Below are positions 48,829 to 57,476 of a DNA stretch of 64,000 nt, piece after piece (positions within the stretch are counted from its first letter, which is position 1; each line of letters begins with the position of its first letter). Location: IMG/VR virus record IMGVR_UViG_2974655483_000001, positions 96,001 to 160,000 of that record; one strand, 5' to 3'. This DNA is from a virus. Its lineage: Duplodnaviria > Caudoviricetes. Made by a program: the position numbers and the translations under genes. The notes beneath the pieces are model-generated. The model saw only the letters and a list, made by a program, of their open reading frames with translations, had not been told where the DNA came from and made no database searches.

Positions 48829-50001
48829 ATGGCAACTAACGCTAAAGAAACTGCCAAGCAGGAAAATGGATCTAGGTATTTCTTTGAGTCGGTAATTGAG
48901 AGAGGTAAAGAACCTACTGATGCTGAAATGAAAAAAGTATATGATGGGTTCGGTCCAGAATGGAGAGCAACATATACAAAACAAACCGCAGCATTAAAAA
49001 AATATTTGGGTAGTAGTAAAGGGTATGAATATTCCAGAGACAATGGAATAATGCCTTACATTGAAGAAATTGCTAAGAAAGAATGTGGTGTATCTGTGAA
49101 GGACCGTTGGAATCCTATGGATATTGTTCTTGTTAAAAAGAGTTTGAAGAATGTTGTGCAAGGTACAATTCGTGAGTTAACAAATATTGATGGTATGTCT
49201 AAGGATGCTAAACTTACTCTCCTTAATGCTTATATGAGAGATGCTCTTAAGGAAAAAGTTTTGATTGGTGTTTCTCTAAAAGCAATTGCAGCAAAAAAGA
49301 AAACTGCATCTGCTGAAGTTGCAAATGCAGGTGGGAAAGGTGGACAACCTGCTCAAATTGATGCAGTGAAAGGATCTTTAAAATGCACATTAACTCTAGG
49401 GAAGAAAAAGAATTACTTGTTTGATACAGGTGAACTTGGATTTGACATGCAAACTCAGAAGGGTGGACAAATCCATGGTCAATCTAGAAACTTTCAATAT
49501 TCTAAAGAAAGAAATCTTGTACAGACCGACCTAACACCTAAGGGTAAGGATGCTGGTGCTAAGTTAGGAAAGGTATCGAGTGTTGCTTTGGATAAGTTTC
49601 TAGGTAGTTTGAATCTTGAGCGTCCAACTTCAGCGGCAAAGCATCGTCACATTCCAGCTGTAGGTAAGTGGAATGATGCTGATAAAAAATATTGGATTAG
49701 TTTGTATAATAAGTTAAAGAATACTGGCGTTGATTTTGGTGAGGTTGCTGTATATGAAAACAATCAAAAAGTTGCTGAGGGATTTGAATCGGTTTTAGAC
49801 TACGCAATTAACTATGAAACTCAAAAAGCAGATAGAAGTTCTGGTGGTAGATTTTCTTCTAAACTAATTGCTATGGAATGGGCACACATATGGGTGCAGA
49901 TTGAAAAGAAAAAGAAGACTAGAGAGTGGTGTACTTCTTTATATTATGGTGCTAAGAAAGAATTTGGAGACTCTAACGGACCTTTCCTCAAGATCTACTG
50001 A
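48829..50001 (+). CDS. Hypothetical protein, possible PD-(D/E)xK nuclease
   Basis: WNPMDIVLV...IGVSLK pattern; Lys-rich; CTAAATA late promoter at about 48798. Confidence 0.55.
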   Translation: MATNAKETAKQENGSRYFFESVIERGKEPTDAEMKKVYDGFGPEWRATYTKQTAALKKYLGSSKGYEYSRDNGIMPYIEEIAKKECGVSVKDRWNPMDIVLVKKSLKNVVQGTIRELTNIDGMSKDAKLTLLNAYMRDALKEKVLIGVSLKAIAAKKKTASAEVANAGGKGGQPAQIDAVKGSLKCTLTLGKKKNYLFDTGELGFDMQTQKGGQIHGQSRNFQYSKERNLVQTDLTPKGKDAGAKLGKVSSVALDKFLGSLNLERPTSAAKHRHIPAVGKWNDADKKYWISLYNKLKNTGVDFGEVAVYENNQKVAEGFESVLDYAINYETQKADRSSGGRFSSKLIAMEWAHIWVQIEKKKKTREWCTSLYYGAKKEFGDSNGPFLKIY

Positions 50002-50055
50002 CACCCTAAGAACTGGCACAACCCTGGTTGCAACTGCCTTCTGCCATGCTATAAT
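50000..50055 (+). promoter_or_regulatory. Early promoter with upstream GACA-N7-AACTGGCACA element
   Basis: TTGCAA-16-TATAAT with TG extension. Confidence 0.65.
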
Positions 50056-50076
50056 ATGTGTATAGACAGAGGACGG

Positions 50077-50973
50077 ATGCCAAACAAACACCTGGAGCAC
50101 CTAGAGGATTCCATCTTTGATGGTCGTCGGGTTGCTCTTGCTGCTGTCAAGGAGGCACTGACTGTCAAGAAGGTCAGCGTCAAGTGGGATGGTGCTCCTG
50201 CTATCGTGTTCGGCACTAACCCTGCCAATGGTCAGTTCTTTGTGGGCACCAAGTCTGTATTCAACAAAAAGAAAGTTCTAATCAACTACACCTATGAGGA
50301 CATTGAGACGAATCATAAAGGGAACGTTGCAGATATCCTTCGCTTATGTCTGCGTCATCTTCCTCGTATCAGTGGTATTATCCAAGCTGATTGGATCGGT
50401 GTCGGTGGCGGCAGTGTTTATTGCCCTAATACTGTGGAGTATCGCTTTGCCACTCCGATTGCTCAACAAATTATTCTAGCACCACACACTTCTTATACTG
50501 AGGTATCACCTAATGCAAATGCAAAACTCGGTGTCACTTTACAATCTACTAATAGTGTTCGATTCATTGATACTAATGATGCAATTGTTGGTAAGTGGTC
50601 TGCAGTAAAACTTGTTGCTGAGATTGTTGCTCTGATTCCTTTCTGTAAGATTGCTAAGAGTGCAGAACTCAAGAAGCATGTCAATACATTTATTCGTATG
50701 GGTGAGATACCCAGTCCTGAAATGATGTTCAATGTCTTCAATGCTAAATATAAAGGTGAGGTTAATCTGACCACCTTTATGGTGTGGCATAAAATCTTCC
50801 AACTGAAACAGCATCTACTTAATGCGGTTGTACCTAATGATAATGTTGAGTGTTTCATTGATGGCAATCTTTCTTTGCATGAAGGATTTGTTATCCCCTC
50901 AAACAACCCATACAAACTTGTAGATAGACTGACTTTTAGTAAAGCAAACTTTAACTTAAATAAAACTTGGTAG
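50077..50973 (+). CDS. DUF6267-like protein with ligase-type KxDG motif
   Basis: HLEHLED, VKWDGAPA, HEGFV, KLVDRLTFS match nucleotidyltransferase motifs I, IV and V. Confidence 0.7.
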   Translation: MPNKHLEHLEDSIFDGRRVALAAVKEALTVKKVSVKWDGAPAIVFGTNPANGQFFVGTKSVFNKKKVLINYTYEDIETNHKGNVADILRLCLRHLPRISGIIQADWIGVGGGSVYCPNTVEYRFATPIAQQIILAPHTSYTEVSPNANAKLGVTLQSTNSVRFIDTNDAIVGKWSAVKLVAEIVALIPFCKIAKSAELKKHVNTFIRMGEIPSPEMMFNVFNAKYKGEVNLTTFMVWHKIFQLKQHLLNAVVPNDNVECFIDGNLSLHEGFVIPSNNPYKLVDRLTFSKANFNLNKTW

Positions 50974-50974
50974 A

Positions 50975-52132
50975 ATGAAAAAGTTCAGTGCTTTCCTAAC
51001 TGAAGCCGAAAAATCATTTGCAGCAAAGTCTGCACAAACATTAAAATTAAAACATGTAGGTTACGGACGTTATGCCGACGCTTCGGGCAACGTAACTCAC
51101 ATGTCGAAGGATGGTAAACTTGTAAAAGTTGACCCCCAAAATCCCGACATTACGCCGAATCAACAGAATGGAGAAGAAGAAACTGGAGACGGCTCGGGTG
51201 CGGTCGATCAAGGCACAATATCTATTACATTTGGAAGATTTAATCCACCTACGGTTGGGCATGAGAAACTTCTAGCAAAAGTAGCTAGAGAGGCAAAATC
51301 AAATGGAGGAGAGTATAGAATATACCCCTCAAGGTCGGAGGATCCTAAGAAGAATCCCCTTGACGCAGGCACTAAAATTAAATATATGCGGATGGCATAT
51401 CCCGATCACGCGAACGCGATTGTTGACAATGGGGACATGCGTACTATCTTTGATGTTCTTACCGCCCTCGATTCTGACGGGTATAGCAGCGTTAACATTG
51501 TGGTGGGAGGTGACAGGGTTAGCGAGTTCAACAGTCTTGCACAGAAATATAACGGAGAGTTATATACATTCGACGAAATCAAAGTAACCTCTGCAGGAGA
51601 AAGAGACCCTGATGCTGAAGGTGTAGAAGGTATGTCTGCATCTAAGATGCGTAAGGCAGCAGCAGAAGATGACTTTGATGCATTTAGTCAAGGTACTCCA
51701 GAAGGTCTTGGTAAGGATGGTTCTGAGAAGTTATTTTTAACACTGCGACAAGCAATGAAAGTTGAAGAGTATGGAGACTTTGCTGATGCATCGTTTCAAT
51801 TGTATGAGATTGCACCAAAGTTGGATCCTAAAGGTATGCGTGAAGCATACTTCGACAATAAAATGTTTCCAGTAGGAACTTTTGTTGAAAATGTAAATAC
51901 TGGTATTCTTGGTAAAGTTGTTAGTAGAGGTAGTAACTATATCATCTATATTGATGAGCAGGAATCTGTTTATAGAGGATGGTTCAAGGATTTAATTGAA
52001 AGAAATGATATTAAATTCTTTAACTTTACACCTGCTGGAGAGATGGGTACAGATAAACTTGCTAACTATATGAGAAAACTTACCCCTGGTGAGTTTATTA
52101 GGAAGATAAATAAAAAGGACAAGGACGCTTAG
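50975..52132 (+). CDS. Cytidylyltransferase-like (HIGH superfamily) nucleotidyltransferase
   Basis: TFGRFNPPTVGH, VVGGDR, MSASKMR; N-terminus MKKFSAFLTE. Confidence 0.88.
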   Translation: MKKFSAFLTEAEKSFAAKSAQTLKLKHVGYGRYADASGNVTHMSKDGKLVKVDPQNPDITPNQQNGEEETGDGSGAVDQGTISITFGRFNPPTVGHEKLLAKVAREAKSNGGEYRIYPSRSEDPKKNPLDAGTKIKYMRMAYPDHANAIVDNGDMRTIFDVLTALDSDGYSSVNIVVGGDRVSEFNSLAQKYNGELYTFDEIKVTSAGERDPDAEGVEGMSASKMRKAAAEDDFDAFSQGTPEGLGKDGSEKLFLTLRQAMKVEEYGDFADASFQLYEIAPKLDPKGMREAYFDNKMFPVGTFVENVNTGILGKVVSRGSNYIIYIDEQESVYRGWFKDLIERNDIKFFNFTPAGEMGTDKLANYMRKLTPGEFIRKINKKDKDA

Positions 52133-52136
52133 TAAA

Positions 52137-53609
52137 ATGAATCTCAGAGATCTTCCCGATATGTCTGCTGCCTATAAACAGGTGCAGGAAAAGAACGATG
52201 GTAACCTCGCTAACAACGCTCCTCCTTATGATAAGGTAACCCGCCGTGATGTTATCACTGGTGCCAAGGGTAAGGATGAGATGGGTGGTAAGCGTAAGAA
52301 GCACGATTGTGCTAAGAAAGTTAATTACGAAGGTAAAGAGTTTGATGTCATCCCTGAAATGCACACCATGCTTGAAGATGGTACAGTAACTCATTATGAT
52401 ATTGAAGATGCTGAGTATATCTACGAGAACGTCCCTGTCGGAGATCTTGAGATTCTGATTTCTGAGAAGCACGAGCACTTTGATAACTACGATAAGAATG
52501 CTGAGGTTCTTGGGGAAGGTATTGATGCCAAGGGTGCTGCTCGCATGGATGCTGCTAAGGGTAAGAAGAAAGAGACTCAAGACGAAATTGATAAGCGTCT
52601 TATGATGGGTAAGTATTCTCCCTCAGCTAAGAAAGAAGCATTTGCATTCTCAGAAGAAGACTTTGCTGAGTTGGAAACTCTTGGAGAAGAGATTGATTCA
52701 CTGACTGATGAGCAACTCATTGATGTCATGGAAGATATTATCCTTGAGATGGCACAAGATGACCAAGACTTGATTGAAATCTGTGAGCACCTTGAGGGTG
52801 TTGAGGTTCTGTCTGAAGAGAAGACTAAGCAACTTGAACTCAAGTTACAACCTTCCCGTATGGATCGTCTGAAGGGTGCTGCTAAGAAAGCAGGTGAAAA
52901 GGTTGGTGCTGCTGCTAAGAAAGCAGGTAGTGCAGTCAAGACAGGCGTCAAGGCAGCAGGTAAGTCTGTTGCTAAGAATGCAGGTAAAGCAGTTGGTGAA
53001 TTCCAAGCAGCACGCACCAAAGCAAAGCGTGCATCGATGGAAAAAACTCCTGCCAAGTCCAAGTCATCTGACGATGATGGTACTGGTGGTAAGTTGGATG
53101 GTGTTCTGAGCAGCATCAGAAAGTCTAAAGGTACAGGTTCAAGTTCTAGCAGTAGTTCCGACAGCGGTTCTTCTTCTAGTGGTGGCGGGGAAAGAGATGC
53201 AGGTTCTGAGGCACGTCAGCGTCTCACTGCTAAGAAGAAAGGTCCTAGTCTTCTGAGAAGAGCAGCAGGTGCTGTTGGTAGAGGTCTGAAGAAAGCAGTT
53301 GGTAAGACTGCTCGTGCAGTATCGAGCGGCAGTGGCAAACTTGCCAAGCGTCTTGGCGAAGATTATGATCAGATTGCACACTTGTATGAGTCTGGACTCT
53401 TCTCTATCGAAGAGATTGAGAATGTAATTGAAGAGGGTTACAAAGAACTGCCCAAGAATAAAATGTTCCGTAAGGCAGGAAACTTAGGTCGTGAGGTTGT
53501 AAGTCCTTCTACTACTGATGCAAAGCGTCAGAAGTCATACGATCGTTCCAAGAAAATTGTTAAGACTCTCAACAAGGAAACTGAAAAACAAGAAAGAGGG
53601 GAGAAGTGA
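52137..53609 (+). CDS. Low-complexity modular protein, probable internal head protein
   Basis: Alternating acidic and AKKAG-rich basic blocks; Ser-rich linker. Confidence 0.65.
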   Translation: MNLRDLPDMSAAYKQVQEKNDGNLANNAPPYDKVTRRDVITGAKGKDEMGGKRKKHDCAKKVNYEGKEFDVIPEMHTMLEDGTVTHYDIEDAEYIYENVPVGDLEILISEKHEHFDNYDKNAEVLGEGIDAKGAARMDAAKGKKKETQDEIDKRLMMGKYSPSAKKEAFAFSEEDFAELETLGEEIDSLTDEQLIDVMEDIILEMAQDDQDLIEICEHLEGVEVLSEEKTKQLELKLQPSRMDRLKGAAKKAGEKVGAAAKKAGSAVKTGVKAAGKSVAKNAGKAVGEFQAARTKAKRASMEKTPAKSKSSDDDGTGGKLDGVLSSIRKSKGTGSSSSSSSDSGSSSSGGGERDAGSEARQRLTAKKKGPSLLRRAAGAVGRGLKKAVGKTARAVSSGSGKLAKRLGEDYDQIAHLYESGLFSIEEIENVIEEGYKELPKNKMFRKAGNLGREVVSPSTTDAKRQKSYDRSKKIVKTLNKETEKQERGEK

Positions 53610-54241
53610 TGCTAAGTTTTAAAGCACTATCCGAAAGGAAAACTAAGGTCAAGATTAATCCCAGACAATCTGAGATTACTGAAAAGGAATGTGGATGTGA
53701 TGATAAGAAAAAGAAAAAGTGTCCTAAGTGTGAAGGCAAAGGATGCAAGCATTGTGGTGGCACAGGTTACCATGATGAAGATGGCGATGGTGCCGACATG
53801 AGCGAAGCGAAAAAGAAAGACGATTCTTATCTGGAGGTGAACTTCAAGAAGCGTCAAAAAAATAATGAGAAAGCTCGTAAAGAGATGGATAAAGTTCCAG
53901 GACAAAAAAACCCTCACTTTGAATCTAAGGAGAATTCAGCCTATGTCAGTCAAGAAGAAGTTTCAGAAGAAAGCACAGAAGAAGTCGCAGAAACTGAAAC
54001 CCTCTTGACATTTAAACAATATGTTTCTGAGGAAGGTGCAGATTCATTGAAGGATCGTCGCATGGAGCGTGGTGGTGTTGGTGGTAACCAGCGTTACAAC
54101 AAACCAATTAGTAACACACCTAATACCTTTGGCAAGAAAAAACCAAAGTATGATGGCATGTCAGCACTTGATAAAGTAAAGGCAAGTATTGAGAAGCAGT
54201 ATGGTAAAGGTGCCATCATGGACACCAAAAAGAAAAAGTAA
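53606..54241 (+). CDS. Charged modular protein with CxxCxGxG zinc motif
   Basis: CPKCEGKGCKHCGGTG; MMLSFKALSE and internal LTFKQYVSE. Confidence 0.65.
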   Translation: MMLSFKALSERKTKVKINPRQSEITEKECGCDDKKKKKCPKCEGKGCKHCGGTGYHDEDGDGADMSEAKKKDDSYLEVNFKKRQKNNEKARKEMDKVPGQKNPHFESKENSAYVSQEEVSEESTEEVAETETLLTFKQYVSEEGADSLKDRRMERGGVGGNQRYNKPISNTPNTFGKKKPKYDGMSALDKVKASIEKQYGKGAIMDTKKKK

Positions 54242-54275
54242 GCATATATAGATTAGATCCCTTTGGTAACTAATC

Positions 54276-54479
54276 ATGCTTGCATTTCTACTCCCACTAG
54301 CGTCGAAAATCATTAAAGATGCCGTTTCAAATATTCCAGAGAATGAAGAACTTGGTGAGAAAATGGTTGAGATCTGTCTTGTTATTCTTTCTAAAGCAGT
54401 TAAGTTGACTAAGACTGATATGGACGACCAACTTCTCGAAGTTGTTAAGAAGGCAATGGTTTCACGCGAGGGAGAATGA
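54276..54479 (+). CDS. Conserved small hypothetical protein
   Basis: AVKLTKTDMDDQLL motif. Confidence 0.7.
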   Translation: MLAFLLPLASKIIKDAVSNIPENEELGEKMVEICLVILSKAVKLTKTDMDDQLLEVVKKAMVSREGE

Positions 54480-54481
54480 TT

Positions 54482-54512
54482 AAAGGGGCGTAGTCCCCTT
54501 TTTTTATAAATA
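54482..54512 (+). terminator. Terminator overlapping a late promoter (TATAAATA 54505-54512)
   Basis: AAGGGG-cgtagt-CCCCTT plus T-run. Confidence 0.8.
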
Positions 54513-54541
54513 AATATATTGGAATTAATACGGAGTAACCC

Positions 54542-55162
54542 ATGTCTCTTTACGGGAGAACTGACAGCGACGCAAATAAAACTCAAGCAGGACTCGCCCG
54601 TGGTAACGGTGCTGGATCCGCTACTGAGACAATTGTGTTTATTGATGCTGCCGAAGCAGCATTGAACGAGAACGCTTCTCGTGGTATCACTGGTCCTGGT
54701 TGGTGGGCATATAAGACCTACACTGATGGCGCTGGTAATACTCGTCACAAGGCAGAATGTCTTGCCTTCATCAGCAACCCTGATGGCACAGAAACACAAG
54801 CAGATGATACTATCGCAGCAGACGTAGCATCGGCAGTAACCATTACGGTTCAACCTGCAGCATCTACATCTTCTAGTGAGGCTGGTACATTCACGCTTAC
54901 CACTACCACCACTGGAACACCTGGTGCTCTGTCTTATGTCTGGCAACGTCAGACCGCAGCAGCAACAACCCGTTGGGTTAACATTGCAGCAGACACTGAC
55001 GCTGGTATCACCTACGCAGACTTCACTACTGCAACTCTTGCATATAGTGCTTACGGTGATGATTCACTTGACGGTTATAAGTACCGTGTCAAGATCACCT
55101 CAGCAGGTGGTACTGAAGAAGTCATCTCTGATGGTGCAGCAACACTGACCTACGGCGATTGA
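54542..55162 (+). CDS. Virion structural protein with Ig-like C-terminal domain
   Basis: PGWWAYKTYTD; ITVQP...SYVWQ...YKYRV Ig-like motif; late promoter. Confidence 0.75.
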   Translation: MSLYGRTDSDANKTQAGLARGNGAGSATETIVFIDAAEAALNENASRGITGPGWWAYKTYTDGAGNTRHKAECLAFISNPDGTETQADDTIAADVASAVTITVQPAASTSSSEAGTFTLTTTTTGTPGALSYVWQRQTAAATTRWVNIAADTDAGITYADFTTATLAYSAYGDDSLDGYKYRVKITSAGGTEEVISDGAATLTYGD

Positions 55163-55165
55163 TAA

Positions 55166-55528
55166 ATGAAATTTGACGAACTGAATGAGTCCAACTACAT
55201 TCTGTTCGCCATTAAGCATTATGAGAATCCTGCTTGTGTAACGCGAGAGGATTTTGATGAGGACATCAAACGCTTTAAGTATCTGAAAAGACTCTTAAAG
55301 CGTTATGTGCGTGGAGGGTCATTAAGAACTCACCTAGTTATTAATCATCTTATTATTCTTTATAATGTTTTTGGTGAAGCAGCAACTCCCTTATTATTTT
55401 TCAGACTTGAAAGAGAGTATTGGAGTATTTTGAAAACTGTATTACTTTATTTGAATAAATACCCTATAGGGATGCTTCCAGGTCTGGAAGTTGATGAGGA
55501 TCTTAAAGAGGAACTGGAGCAATTATGA
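55166..55528 (+). CDS. Conserved T4-like hypothetical protein
   Basis: YENPAC...KRFKYLKRL...NHLIILYNVFG. Confidence 0.8.
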   Translation: MKFDELNESNYILFAIKHYENPACVTREDFDEDIKRFKYLKRLLKRYVRGGSLRTHLVINHLIILYNVFGEAATPLLFFRLEREYWSILKTVLLYLNKYPIGMLPGLEVDEDLKEELEQL

Positions 55529-56082
55529 CAGTTATGACTGCTGGTACTGGAGGATTTAGTGGCGCTTCAGATGCTACAGGACCTACTGCTGGATTTGATC
55601 CTGTGATGAAGTTTCGTAGTAAATTAAAAAAGAAAAGTAAAGAGGATAAGAAACTTGTGATGCCTGGTAACAAACTAGGCGAATCAAAAGAAAATCCTTC
55701 AATGCCATCCAGACTTTTTCAGTATAAAGTCACAATCCCTGAAGTTGGTGAGACTATTGTCTATGCAAGTTCTCCTGCAGAACTGAGACAAAAGATGCGT
55801 CTGTTAATAAACTATCGCTATAGAGGTGAGATTAAAATTGAAAGAATACTACCTGCTAATGCTGGTAAGTTCTTTATGGACAAGCGTATGAATCATTTGC
55901 GTAACGTCAAAGAGAATGTTGATAAGCAAATGCAGCAGCAAATGACGCAGCAGCAAATTGCCAACGAAAAGAAAAAAGTTAATATGAAAATTAAGGAGTT
56001 GCAAAGTCAACTTCAAAAGAAAACTGCATCCTTGAAATTAAAAGCAAGGGCAGGTGGCGCACAAGCAACTGTAGATAGGTAG
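55525..56082 (+). CDS. Hypothetical protein
   Basis: GPTAGFDP motif; Q/K-rich C-terminus. Confidence 0.7.
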   Translation: MTVMTAGTGGFSGASDATGPTAGFDPVMKFRSKLKKKSKEDKKLVMPGNKLGESKENPSMPSRLFQYKVTIPEVGETIVYASSPAELRQKMRLLINYRYRGEIKIERILPANAGKFFMDKRMNHLRNVKENVDKQMQQQMTQQQIANEKKKVNMKIKELQSQLQKKTASLKLKARAGGAQATVDR

Positions 56083-56084
56083 CT

Positions 56085-56459
56085 ATGGAAAATCAAATCA
56101 ATGCAGCCATTTTAGAAAGATTAGAAAGAGTTGTAGATACGCTACAAGACAACTCTATTCAAATGGGCAAGCTTCTTGCTGTCCATAATGAAAAACTAGA
56201 TAAGCAAGATAAGGTTGATACGATTCTGTTTGAAAAGTTGGACAGATTATCTGCAGATTTAAATCGAGAGACTACTGCGATTAAGAAAGGGTGTGAAAGA
56301 GATATCCGTCTTATTGATGATAGACTTAGAGTATTAGAAAAGAAGATGTGGAGTATTGCAGGAGCACTAGCAGTGATTAGTGTTTTGATTTCCCCTCTTG
56401 GACAAAAAATTCTTGGAAATGCATTGACACCACCGCCAGTAGATGGTAGACTACGATAG
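56085..56459 (+). CDS. Coiled-coil protein with C-terminal TM
   Basis: LLAVHNEKL; RLRVLEKKMW followed by hydrophobic helix. Confidence 0.7.
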   Translation: MENQINAAILERLERVVDTLQDNSIQMGKLLAVHNEKLDKQDKVDTILFEKLDRLSADLNRETTAIKKGCERDIRLIDDRLRVLEKKMWSIAGALAVISVLISPLGQKILGNALTPPPVDGRLR

Positions 56460-56477
56460 TCCTACAGCATCTCAAAG

Positions 56478-57476
56478 TTGTCTGAATTTGTCGATGCTCA
56501 TTATGTAAGTCTCCTTTCAGGACGACTGGAAAAGTTTGCTCGTAAGAAGGCAGACCTTTATAACTTTCGCTGTCCTTACTGTGGTGACTCTCAGAAGCAT
56601 CGTAACAAGGCACGAGGGTACTTCTTTCGTATCAAGGCAGACATGGTGTTCAAGTGCCATAACTGTGGCGTAGGAAGGACGCTACCAAATTTTCTAAAAG
56701 ACAATGCACCTGATCTTTATGATGAATATATCATGGAGAGGTACAAGTCTGGAACAACTGGTAAAGGGTCATATGTGCCCAAACCAAAACTAACTAAGTT
56801 TGAAAAACCGAAGTTCAAAAAGAAAGGAGAACTTCAAAGTATCAAAGAACTAAATAATGAACACCCTGCAGTTGGATACCTTCTCGGTCGTAAAATTCCT
56901 GAGAAATATTTCTCGGATTTATTCTATACTGATAAGTTTTTTACCTGGGTAAACACACAGAAACCAACGTTCAAAGATGTCAAAAAGGATCACCCCAGAA
57001 TTATTATCCCTTTCATTGACACAGATGGAACTTGGTTTGGATTTCAAGGAAGGTCCCTAGCATCAAAGGATAAGTTGAGATACATCACTATCATGCTGGA
57101 CGAATCCAAAACTAAAATTTTTGGTCTTAATAGAGTAGACTTCAATAAGACCATATACATTACAGAAGGACCGTTTGATAGTTTGTATATTGACAATGCA
57201 ATTGCTATGGCAGGAGCAGATGTTGATTGGGAATTATTACGAGACAAAGAAGTTGTTTTCGTCTATGATAATGAGCAGCGTAACAAAGAGATCATTGTTC
57301 GTATGCAAAAAGTCATCGACAAAGGATATGAGATTGTCATCTGGCCAAAAAATCTAGAGGATAAAGATTTAAATGATATGTTCCTTGCTGGACATGATGT
57401 CCAATCTCTAGTAGAATTCAACACTTACAGCGGACTACAAGCACAGATTAAACTAAGCGAATGGAAAAAAGTATGA
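56478..57476 (+). CDS. gp61: DNA primase
   Basis: CPYCGDS...CHNC zinc finger, FQGR, EGPFDS, DNE TOPRIM. Confidence 0.97.
   Translation: MSEFVDAHYVSLLSGRLEKFARKKADLYNFRCPYCGDSQKHRNKARGYFFRIKADMVFKCHNCGVGRTLPNFLKDNAPDLYDEYIMERYKSGTTGKGSYVPKPKLTKFEKPKFKKKGELQSIKELNNEHPAVGYLLGRKIPEKYFSDLFYTDKFFTWVNTQKPTFKDVKKDHPRIIIPFIDTDGTWFGFQGRSLASKDKLRYITIMLDESKTKIFGLNRVDFNKTIYITEGPFDSLYIDNAIAMAGADVDWELLRDKEVVFVYDNEQRNKEIIVRMQKVIDKGYEIVIWPKNLEDKDLNDMFLAGHDVQSLVEFNTYSGLQAQIKLSEWKKV

Noticed and set aside
54161-54946. 261-aa minus-strand ORF
   Set aside because: It spans three plus-strand genes and a terminator, with an implausible Cys/Arg/Ser composition.
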